In this document: piece after piece, positions 56,428 to 64,000 of the stretch
How positions within the stretch are numbered: the first letter of the stretch is position 1
How the letters are laid out: each line of letters begins with the position of its first letter
Assembly (NCBI GenBank): GCA_965205505.1
Contig: CBDBHB010000008.1
Coordinates: 864,001 to 928,000, forward strand
Direction: 5' to 3'
Length of the DNA: 64,000 nt
Origin: Acidobacteriota bacterium
GTDB lineage: Bacteria > Acidobacteriota > UBA890 > WLXD01
The notes under the pieces: generated by a model
What the model saw: only the letters and a program-made list of their open reading frames with translations
What the model was told of the DNA's origin: nothing
Databases searched by the model: none
Position numbers and translations under genes: made by a program

Positions 56428-57332
56428 ATGACCGCCGCTGATGACGACGCCACTCCGCCCGAAGAAGAAACCCCCGAGCCCGTTGCGGCCGAGCCCGTTG
56501 CGGCCGAGCCCGTTGCGGCCGAGCCCGTTGCAGCCGAGCCCGTTGCGGCCGAGCCCGTTGCAGCCGAGCCCGTTGCGGCCGAGCCCGTTGCAGCCGAGCC
56601 TGTTGCAGCCGAGGCCACTGCGGCCGAGCCCGCTGCAGCCGAGCCCGTTGCAGCCGAGGCCACTGCGGCCGAGCCCGCTGCAGCCGAGCCCGTTGCCGAG
56701 CCGAGCCCGTTGCAGCCGAGCCCGTTGCAGCCGAGCCCGTTGCAGCCGAGCCCGTTGCAGCCGAGCCCGTTGCAGCCGAGCCCGTTGCAGCCGAGCCCGT
56801 TGCAGCCGAGCCCGTTGCAGCCGAGCCCGTTGCAGCCGAGCCCGTTGCAGCCGAGCCCGTTGCAGCCGAGCCCGTTGCGGCGGCCAAGGCCGAAGCGGCG
56901 GATGTTGCCGAAGACTCCACCTCGGCCAAGCCGGCCAAGAAATCGGCCCCCGACGCCGAGGACCCTCCGCCGCCGCCACCCCCTCCCGACCCGGCCACCT
57001 GCAAGGGGATTGTCATCGGACAGTTAGCGTTCGAGGATTCAGTGCTGGCGGGCGAGTTCGACGACTCGGAATTCCTTTTCTATCTAGAGCCGCCGGGCGT
57101 GCTGAACGCCAACCTGCGGTGCATGCACGCCTACCCTGCCGAGACCGTTCGCGGCGGGATACTCATGACGAAGGCCGCCCGCGACGCCAAGAAGGTGTTT
57201 CTCGACGATGGCGTCAACCCCGACGAATACGAGCTCGAGTTTCCCAAGGAGTTCGGCTACGTAAAGTCGCTCCAGCACTATGTGCCGGAGTCGCGCGAAC
57301 ACGCCAAATTCCCGTGGTCAAAGAAGTACTGA
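56428..57332 (+). CDS. Hypothetical protein: acidic (EPVAA)n tail plus small globular C-domain; one frameshift inside the repeat
   Basis: AGGAGG RBS before ATG 56428; after the slip at ~56697 the EPVAA frame runs through [14 protein letters not shown] into ORF 57042-57332. Confidence 0.7.
56475..56883 (+). repeat. 15-bp tandem repeat, about 27 units (gagcccgttgcrgcc)
   Basis: Direct reading. Confidence 0.95.
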
Positions 57333-57402
57333 CTCGGGCCCTCGCAGCGGCGCTGGACAGACGGGAAGGGGCCTTTCGTCCTCCCCCCCGGTCAGGCCTC
57401 GG

Positions 57403-57436
57403 AAATGTTGACAAAAAAGTCATGTTTTCGTATTCT
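57403..57436 (+). promoter_or_regulatory. Sigma70 promoter of the rrf2-suf operon overlapped by an IscR-like palindrome
   Basis: TTGACA (57408-57413), 17 nt, TATTCT (57431-57436); dyad aaatgttgac-aaaaaa-gtcatgtttt. Confidence 0.7.
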
Positions 57437-57530
57437 GAACCCTGACGCGCGAGTTTCTGGCTAGTTCCAGTCCAAGCGCATGAGCGACCGAGCCGTTTCC
57501 GGCTCACCTTTCTCACTCCGGAGCATCTCC

Positions 57531-58061
57531 GTGAAGATCACCGCCCTCGAGGAGTACGGTCTGCGCTGTATGTTGCAGCTGGCGCTGAACGACCCCGGGC
57601 AACCTATGTCAGTAAATCAGGTTGCGACGAACGAGGGCCTCAGTCCCGAGTACGCTGGCAAGCTGCTGAACATGTTGCGCCACCAGAGGCTCGTGGACAG
57701 CGTCCGCGGCCGCAACGGCGGCTTCCTGCTGACCCGCACGGCCGCCGACATCAACCTCGGTGAGATCGTCCTGGCGCTATCTAACCAACTCTTCGACTCG
57801 GAGTATTGCGAGCGCCACGCCGGCACCGGGGAGGTCTGTGTGCACGACACCGCGTGCGCGCTGCGCCCGGTCTGGTCAACGCTGTCAGAGCATGTGAGCC
57901 AGCTGCTCGAGAGCATCACACTGGCAGATCTGCTGCGCTCTGAGCGTCAGATGTGTCGTGAGCTCCAACCCATGGTTGAAGCCATTCCGAACCTTACGAG
58001 CGAAACGAAGTTCCCGGCTGCCCCGACCCTCCACAAGGTGCAGCTAACCGAATCCAACTGA
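57531..58061 (+). CDS. Rrf2-family Fe-S regulator (IscR/SufR-like)
   Basis: EYGLRCM, SVRGRNGGF.L, three Cys in CERH...CVHDTAC; GTG start after GGAG. Confidence 0.9.
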   Translation: MKITALEEYGLRCMLQLALNDPGQPMSVNQVATNEGLSPEYAGKLLNMLRHQRLVDSVRGRNGGFLLTRTAADINLGEIVLALSNQLFDSEYCERHAGTGEVCVHDTACALRPVWSTLSEHVSQLLESITLADLLRSERQMCRELQPMVEAIPNLTSETKFPAAPTLHKVQLTESN

Positions 58062-58106
58062 ATTGCTGACTTGTAGGCGAGAAATGATTACAGGAGCACC
58101 ACGCTG

Positions 58107-58874
58107 ATGAGCGAGCAGACACCTTTGTTCGAGGTAAAGGGCTTGCGCGTAGCGATCGAAGGCAAGGAGATCCTGCGCGGTCTCGACCTCAAGATCGACC
58201 GCGGTGAGGTCCACGCGCTGATGGGTCGTAACGGCTCTGGCAAGAGCACCCTTGCCTACGTGACCCTCGGGCATCCGCATTACGAGGTGCTTGACGGCCA
58301 GATCCTCTACAACGGCGAGGACATAACCGAGCTCGACACCGACGAGCGCGCCCGCCTCGGTATGTTCCTGGCGTTCCAGTACCCGATGGCGATATCTGGC
58401 GTGACCGTATCGAAGTTCATGCACTCGGCGCTGAAGGCACGCGACGAGAGCCTGGCCATACGGGACTTTCGCGAAAAGCTCAACGCCGCCATGGAGCTGC
58501 TCGGCGTAGACAAGTCGTTCACCAGTCGTTACGTCAACGAGGGGTTCTCGGGAGGCGAGAAGAAGCGCCTCGAGATTTTGCAGATGTTCATGCTGGAGCC
58601 GGACTTTTGCATCCTCGACGAGACCGACTCAGGACTCGACATCGACGCCCTCAAGACGGTCGCCGAGGGCGTCAACGCGACGCGCTCGCCGGAGCGCTCG
58701 CATCTGGTGATCACCCACTACCAACGAGTGCTCAACTACATCACTCCCGATGTGGTGCACGTGATGATGGACGGGAAGATCGTCCGTACGGGAGGGCCGG
58801 AACTGGCGCACGCCCTCGAAGAGAAGGGCTACGAGTGGATCGAGGACGAGTTGCTGCAGCCGGCGGAGGCCTGA
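58107..58874 (+). CDS. sufC: Fe-S assembly ATPase
   Basis: GRNGSGKST, FLAFQYP, GFSGGEKKR, LDETDSGLDID. Confidence 0.97.
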   Translation: MSEQTPLFEVKGLRVAIEGKEILRGLDLKIDRGEVHALMGRNGSGKSTLAYVTLGHPHYEVLDGQILYNGEDITELDTDERARLGMFLAFQYPMAISGVTVSKFMHSALKARDESLAIRDFREKLNAAMELLGVDKSFTSRYVNEGFSGGEKKRLEILQMFMLEPDFCILDETDSGLDIDALKTVAEGVNATRSPERSHLVITHYQRVLNYITPDVVHVMMDGKIVRTGGPELAHALEEKGYEWIEDELLQPAEA

Positions 58875-58934
58875 ATGTCCTGTAACAGACGGATCCGACC
58901 CGATCGCGCGCGTCACGATATGCAACGAACCTCT
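58875..58934. repeat. Degenerate remnant of a type C element
   Basis: cctgtaacaga ... gatatgcaacgaacctct match the left and right C-type ends. Confidence 0.6.
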
Positions 58935-58952
58935 ACCGAAGGACACTGAGCC

Positions 58953-60365
58953 ATGTCGACACAAGCCGATGACCTGAACATCAACGACGAGTACAAGTAC
59001 GGCTTCCACGATCCCGAGGTTGCCGTCTACAAGGCCGAGCGTGGCCTCAGCGCCGACGTCGTGCGCGACATCTCGGCGATGAAGAAAGAGCCCGAGTGGA
59101 TGACCGAGTTCCGGCTGCGCTCGCTTGACATCTTCGAGTCCAAGCCGATGCCGCGGTGGGGCAACGAGGAGTTGTTGAACTCGATCGACTTCGACGAAAT
59201 CTACTACTACCTGAAGCCGACCGAGGAGCAGGGCACGGACTGGGACGACGTTCCGGAGTACATCAAGAACACGTTCGAGAAGCTCGGTATACCCCAGGCG
59301 GAGCGCAAGTTCCTCGCCGGCGTGTCGGCGCAGTACGAATCCGAGGTCGTGTACCACTCGCTGCAGAAGGAGATCGAAGAGCAGGGTGTGATCTTCACCG
59401 ACATGGACACGGGCCTGCGCGAGCACGAGGAACTGGTCAAGAAGTACTTCGCCAAGCTGATCCCGCCGGAGGACAACAAGTTCGCGGCGCTCAACTCGGC
59501 GGTGTGGTCGGGCGGCTCGTTCGTCTACGTGCCCCCGGGTGTTGAAGTGACGATGCCACTGCAGGCCTACTTCCGCATCAACACCGAGAACATGGGCCAG
59601 TTCGAACGTACGTTGATCATCGCCGACGAGGGCTCGCGCGTGCACTACATCGAAGGGTGCACGGCGCCGACGTACGTAAGCGACGCGTTGCACTCGGCGG
59701 TGGTCGAGCTGGTGGCGCTACCGGGCTCGCACCTGCGCTATACGACCATTCAGAACTGGTCGAAGAACGTATACAACCTGGTGACCAAGCGCGCCGTCGC
59801 GCACGAGAACGCCACCGTGGAGTGGGTCGACGGCAACCTCGGCTCGAAGCTCACGATGAAGTTCCCATGCGTAAACCTGGTGGGCGAGGGCGCTCACGGC
59901 GAGATCCTCTCGATAGCGTTCTCCAACGAGGGCCAGCATCAGGACGCTGGCGCCAAGATCTATCACGCCGCGCCGCGCACGACCTCGCGCATCACCTCGA
60001 AGTCGATCTCCAAGGACGGTGGGCGGGCTTCATACCGCGGCATGGTGAAGGTCTACCCCGGCGCGGTGGGCTCGAAGGTGCACGTGGAGTGCGATGCGCT
60101 CCTCATGGGCGCCGAGTCACGCTCCGATACCTATCCGACGATGGAAGTCGCCGAGGAGCAGGTACAGGTCGAGCACGAGGCGCGCGTCTCGAAGGTCGGC
60201 GACGAGCAGCTCTTCTATCTCATGAGCCGTGGGCTCACCGAGGAGGAAGCGCTCGTGATGGTGGTCAACGGATTCATCGAGCCGTTCGTAAAGGAGCTGC
60301 CGATGGAGTACGCCGTCGAGCTCAACCGGCTCATCCAGCTCGAGATGGAAGGTTCCGTCGGCTAG
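58953..60365 (+). CDS. sufB: Fe-S assembly scaffold
   Basis: [23 protein letters not shown]-terminal EMEGSVG. Confidence 0.97.
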   Translation: MSTQADDLNINDEYKYGFHDPEVAVYKAERGLSADVVRDISAMKKEPEWMTEFRLRSLDIFESKPMPRWGNEELLNSIDFDEIYYYLKPTEEQGTDWDDVPEYIKNTFEKLGIPQAERKFLAGVSAQYESEVVYHSLQKEIEEQGVIFTDMDTGLREHEELVKKYFAKLIPPEDNKFAALNSAVWSGGSFVYVPPGVEVTMPLQAYFRINTENMGQFERTLIIADEGSRVHYIEGCTAPTYVSDALHSAVVELVALPGSHLRYTTIQNWSKNVYNLVTKRAVAHENATVEWVDGNLGSKLTMKFPCVNLVGEGAHGEILSIAFSNEGQHQDAGAKIYHAAPRTTSRITSKSISKDGGRASYRGMVKVYPGAVGSKVHVECDALLMGAESRSDTYPTMEVAEEQVQVEHEARVSKVGDEQLFYLMSRGLTEEEALVMVVNGFIEPFVKELPMEYAVELNRLIQLEMEGSVG

Positions 60366-60392
60366 CCGCCAGGGCTCAGACGACGATTGGGA

Positions 60393-61715
60393 ATGACATC
60401 GATGGAAGCGACTGCTCAATCCTCCGTGAGCTCCGATGACGTGCGTGCAATCGTCCAGGCAGCCGGTGAGCCCGAGTGGCTGGCGCAGAGGCGCCACGAC
60501 GGCTGGGATGCCTACTCCGCTGCTCCCCTGCCCGATCGCGTTGCCCACCTGTGGCGCTACTCGGAGCCCGAGAAGTTCCTTCCCGACCGCATCACCCCGC
60601 TAGTTTCCAGCGGCGCGGTTTCTGACAGCGACGCCGCTGACGATTTGCCCGGCGATCCGGCGGCGGTGGCCGTGGTCGAAGACGCGGTGCTGCGGTCTTG
60701 CTGGATCGACCCGGCGTGGCGCGACGCCGGCGTCGTGCTGATGGACCTGGGCACGGCGGCGCGGGAGCATGCAGATCTCGTCCGTGCCCATCTCGGCACT
60801 GCAGCCGGCGCCGAGTCGGGCAAGTTCGAGGCACTCAACGCGGCCCTCTTCTCCGGCGGCCTCTTTCTCTACGTGCCTCGCAACGTGAAAGTGGACAAGC
60901 CCATCCACCTGTTTCAGCGTGCCCGCGCCGATCTGGCCGGCCTGTTCGCGCGGCTGCTGGTAGTGGTCGACGAGGGCGCCGAGGTGACCCTGTTCGACGA
61001 GTACAGCAACGGCGGTGAGCATCCGCGCGTGCTGGCGAACGCGGTAGTCGAGGGTGCGCTGTTGCCCAACTCGCGGCTCTCCTACTTCAACGTCCAGCGC
61101 TGGGGCGATCGGACCCGGAGCCATGCGCGACAGCGGTTCCTGCTGCAACGCGATGCCTCGGTAACCACCGTCAACATCGGGCTCGGCGGCCAGTACAACA
61201 AGGCCGACCTGGGCAATGTCCAGCAGGGTGGTAACGCCCAGGCCGAGATGATCGGCGTGATCTTCGGCGGCGATCACCAGCACTTCGACAACCACACCGA
61301 ACACGTCCACGAAGCCGGCAACAGCTTCTCCGACATGGACTTCAAGGTGGTGCTCGAGGACCGGGCACGCTCGGTCTACACCGGGCTCATCCGTATCGAC
61401 CGATCGGCGGCCAACTGCGAGGCCTATCAGGAGAACCGCAACCTGATGCTCGATCCCACGTGTCGTGCCGAGTCGATCCCCGAGCTCGAGATCCTCAACG
61501 AGGAGGTCCGCTGTACCCATGGCGCCACCGTGGGCCCGATCGACGAAGAGCAGATCTACTACCTTCGCACGCGTGGGCTGCGAGAGTCCGAGGCCGAGCG
61601 GCTGATCGTGGAGGGGTTCTTCGGACCCGCCCTGGACCGTATCGAGGACGACGAGATCCGCGACCGGTTGTGGGGCTACATCGACGCCAAGCTCGCTGGT
61701 AGAACCCGCCTATGA
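60393..61715 (+). CDS. sufD: Fe-S assembly protein
   Basis: WRYS, PELEI..EEVRCTHGATVG, YYLRTRG; start approximate. Confidence 0.95.
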   Translation: MTSMEATAQSSVSSDDVRAIVQAAGEPEWLAQRRHDGWDAYSAAPLPDRVAHLWRYSEPEKFLPDRITPLVSSGAVSDSDAADDLPGDPAAVAVVEDAVLRSCWIDPAWRDAGVVLMDLGTAAREHADLVRAHLGTAAGAESGKFEALNAALFSGGLFLYVPRNVKVDKPIHLFQRARADLAGLFARLLVVVDEGAEVTLFDEYSNGGEHPRVLANAVVEGALLPNSRLSYFNVQRWGDRTRSHARQRFLLQRDASVTTVNIGLGGQYNKADLGNVQQGGNAQAEMIGVIFGGDHQHFDNHTEHVHEAGNSFSDMDFKVVLEDRARSVYTGLIRIDRSAANCEAYQENRNLMLDPTCRAESIPELEILNEEVRCTHGATVGPIDEEQIYYLRTRGLRESEAERLIVEGFFGPALDRIEDDEIRDRLWGYIDAKLAGRTRL

Positions 61716-62074
61716 GCACGACGACACAGACGTGGGTCGAAGTGGCAGCATCGGATGCGATTCCCGACGGCGAGGCGCGCACGTTCACGGTGGCTGGGGT
61801 CCGTATCGCGGTGGCCCGCGTCGAGGGCGAGCTGTTCGCGGTCCAGGACCTGTGTACCCACGACGACGGGCCGCTGGGTGAGGGACGGCTCCTGGGGCAC
61901 GCCATCCAGTGCCCGCGCCACGGCGCCCAGTTCGACATCCGCACCGGCGAGGTGCTGTTGATGCCCGCGCTCGTGCCCATCGACACTTTCCCGGTGCAGG
62001 AGCAGGACGGCAAGGTACTGGTCAGCGTGCCTGAAGCCGCCCGCGCCGCAGCCGATTCCGGCGACGACTGGTAG
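61712..62074 (+). CDS. Rieske-type ferredoxin of the suf operon
   Basis: CTHDDGPL...CPRHGAQFDIRTG. Confidence 0.92.
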   Translation: MSTTTQTWVEVAASDAIPDGEARTFTVAGVRIAVARVEGELFAVQDLCTHDDGPLGEGRLLGHAIQCPRHGAQFDIRTGEVLLMPALVPIDTFPVQEQDGKVLVSVPEAARAAADSGDDW

Positions 62075-62086
62075 GCGAGGGCCAAG

Positions 62087-63355
62087 GTGCCTACGTCAAC
62101 AGCGAAAGCCACCGAGCCGCAGGCGATCGACGTCGCGCGGGTACGCGCCGACTTCCCCATTCTGAGTCGGGAGGTGCACGGCAAGCCCCTCGTCTACCTC
62201 GACAACTCGGCAACCACGCAACGGCCAGAGGCGGTGATCGAGGCCATTGCCGACTTCTACCGGACGAGCAACGCCAACGTCCACCGCGGCGTGCACGCCC
62301 TGTCGGAGGAGGCTACCGACGCCTACGAGGGCGCCCGCAAGAAGGTCGCGAGCTTCCTCAATGCCGCTACCCCGGAGAGCATCGTCTTCACCCGCAACAC
62401 CACCGAGTCGATCAACCTCGTAGCGCACTCCTGGGCGCGCCGTCACCTGCGCGCCGGTGACGAGATCATGCTCACCGTCACCGAACACCACAGCAACCTC
62501 GTCCCCTGGCAGATCCTCTCTCAGGAGATCGGCTGCAAGCTGCGCTTCCTGGACATCGACGACGACGGCCACCTGCGCATCGACCAGATCGACGAGGTGC
62601 TCAACGAACACACCCGCCTGGTGGCTATCAGCCACGTCTCCAACGTGCTCGGCACCGTCAACCCGATCCCCACGATCGCCTGTGCCGCACGGGCGGTTGG
62701 CGCCAAGGTGCTCGTCGACGGCGCTCAGGGCGTGCCGCACGGGCCGGTCGATGTGAGCGCGCTGGACTGTGATTTCTACGCCTACTCGCCCCACAAGGCG
62801 CTCGGCCCACTCGGCATCGGCGTGCTGTGGGTCGACCGCGATCTGATGGAGGAGATGGACCCCTTCCTCGGCGGCGGCGAGATGATTCGCGACGTGACGC
62901 TCGAGCGCAGCACCTGGGCAGCGGTACCGCATAAGTTCGAGGCGGGCTCGCCGTCGGTGGCCGACGCCGTGGGGCTGGGCGCCAGCATCGATTACCTCGA
63001 GTCGCTCGGCATGCAGAATGTCCGCCACCACGAGGTGAGCATCAACGAGTACCTGCTCGAGCGGCTGCAAGAGCTGCCGTGGGTGACGATCTTCGGGCCC
63101 AAGAATCCGAGCGATCGCTGCGGTCTGGTGACTTTCAACGACAACCAGATTCACCCCCATGACCTCGGTACCGTCCTCGATCAGCACGGCGTGGCGATTC
63201 GCACCGGGCATCACTGCGCCAAGCCGCTCATGCGGCGGCTGGGGGTGATGGCCAGTGCCCGCGCCTCGTTCTACATCTACAACGACAGGAGCGAGGTCGA
63301 TGTGCTGATCAACGCGCTGCTCGCAGCGCGCGAAGTGTTCGGCCTCTCGACCTGA
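62087..63355 (+). CDS. sufS: Cysteine desulfurase
   Basis: YLDNSATTQ, NVHRG, EHHSNLVPW, HK, RTGHHCA. Confidence 0.96.
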   Translation: MPTSTAKATEPQAIDVARVRADFPILSREVHGKPLVYLDNSATTQRPEAVIEAIADFYRTSNANVHRGVHALSEEATDAYEGARKKVASFLNAATPESIVFTRNTTESINLVAHSWARRHLRAGDEIMLTVTEHHSNLVPWQILSQEIGCKLRFLDIDDDGHLRIDQIDEVLNEHTRLVAISHVSNVLGTVNPIPTIACAARAVGAKVLVDGAQGVPHGPVDVSALDCDFYAYSPHKALGPLGIGVLWVDRDLMEEMDPFLGGGEMIRDVTLERSTWAAVPHKFEAGSPSVADAVGLGASIDYLESLGMQNVRHHEVSINEYLLERLQELPWVTIFGPKNPSDRCGLVTFNDNQIHPHDLGTVLDQHGVAIRTGHHCAKPLMRRLGVMASARASFYIYNDRSEVDVLINALLAAREVFGLST

Positions 63356-63372
63356 CGCCTGGAACCAAACAG

Positions 63373-63855
63373 ATGCAAGGACTCGACGATCTGTACCGGG
63401 AGGTCATTCTCGACCACTATCGGACCCCGCACGGCGCCGACGTGATCGATGCCCCGTCGGTACAGGTGGAGGGGTTCAATCCGCTGTGCGGCGACGAGCT
63501 GGTGATGAGCCTCGACATCGACGATGGCCGTATTCGCGGGCTGCACATAAAGCCGTCCGGGTGCTCGATATCGGTGGCTTCGGCTTCAATGCTGGCGCAG
63601 CAACTGGAAGGCAAGACCGTGCAGGAGGCGATCCAGCTCAAGGAGAGCTTCAAGGCGGTGATGCGCGGCGGCGACTGGCCGGCCGGAACCGACCCCGGTG
63701 ACCTCGAGGCACTCGAGGGAGTGAAGAGGTTCCCCGTCCGTATCAAGTGTGCGCTGCTCGCCTGGATGACGCTCGAGCAGGCGCTGGCGCAGCACGACCC
63801 GGAGCTCGCCTCGCAGGTTGAGACCGACAAGGACATCGAAGTCAGGGTCCACTAG
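63373..63855 (+). CDS. sufU: SUF sulfur-transfer protein
   Basis: LYREVILDHY, NPLCGD, GCSISVASAS, RIKCALL. Confidence 0.95.
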   Translation: MQGLDDLYREVILDHYRTPHGADVIDAPSVQVEGFNPLCGDELVMSLDIDDGRIRGLHIKPSGCSISVASASMLAQQLEGKTVQEAIQLKESFKAVMRGGDWPAGTDPGDLEALEGVKRFPVRIKCALLAWMTLEQALAQHDPELASQVETDKDIEVRVH

Positions 63856-63920
63856 GCACGGCGCGGGACCGAGCAACCCGCGTCGAGCAGTGGCCCGAAA
63901 CCACGCCAACGGAGTACCGC

Positions 63921-64000
63921 ATGTCGTTACCGAACAGGGAAGAGGTTTTCGAGGCGCTGAGGCCGATCGTCGATCCCGAGATGAACGTCTCGATCGTCGA
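63921..64000 (+). CDS. sufT: DUF59/SufT protein, 5' part
   Basis: MSLPNREEVFEALRPIVDPEMNVSIV (DPE motif). Confidence 0.85.
   Translation, partial: MSLPNREEVFEALRPIVDPEMNVSIV

Noticed and set aside
56475-56883. CRISPR array
   Set aside because: Head-to-tail 15-bp units with no unique spacers, coding for EPVAA; no cas genes
58629-63214. Long antisense ORFs over the suf genes (also over fusA, lgt and mqnC)
   Set aside because: Shadow ORFs expected from high-GC codon bias
1-64000. tRNA (including tRNA-Sec), rRNA, prophage or defence genes
   Set aside because: None recognised by eye; the Sec machinery would have to be encoded elsewhere

Overview
High-GC bacterial chromosomal region; the gene content is compatible with an Acidobacteriota-like organism, but this is inference. 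Housekeeping content: EutB/EutC-like pair, three-gene type IV minor pilin cluster, membrane Ser/Thr kinase, pcm, a pabA-pabB-pabC operon with an NSS transporter, a TM-GAF-GGDEF-HD-GYP protein, most of the futalosine menaquinone pathway (mqnD, mqnC, mqnA, mqnE, ubiD, ubiX, ubiA, ubiE), TolC, OmpA, lspA-lgt-rluD, an EF-G paralogue, erpA, a PP2C operon and an Rrf2-suf operon. Three signals stand out. (1) Two genes have an in-frame UGA followed by a hairpin of identical geometry (10-nt spacer, 6-bp stem, 5-nt loop with G at position 2): a TPR-TlpA lipoprotein with a UxxC motif (strong selenoprotein candidate) and the N-terminus of the Ser/Thr kinase (unexpected candidate). (2) A family of TA-flanked palindromic intergenic elements has four interchangeable end types and a conserved, covarying internal hairpin arm; copies sit on stop codons of convergent genes and one is nested inside another. 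(3) Two IS110/IS1111-type elements are inserted at the same position in the end of that repeat, and their right non-coding end carries visible candidate bridge-RNA guides for the target. Several small frameshifts and one chimeric IS copy suggest consensus or assembly errors, so read-level checks are needed.
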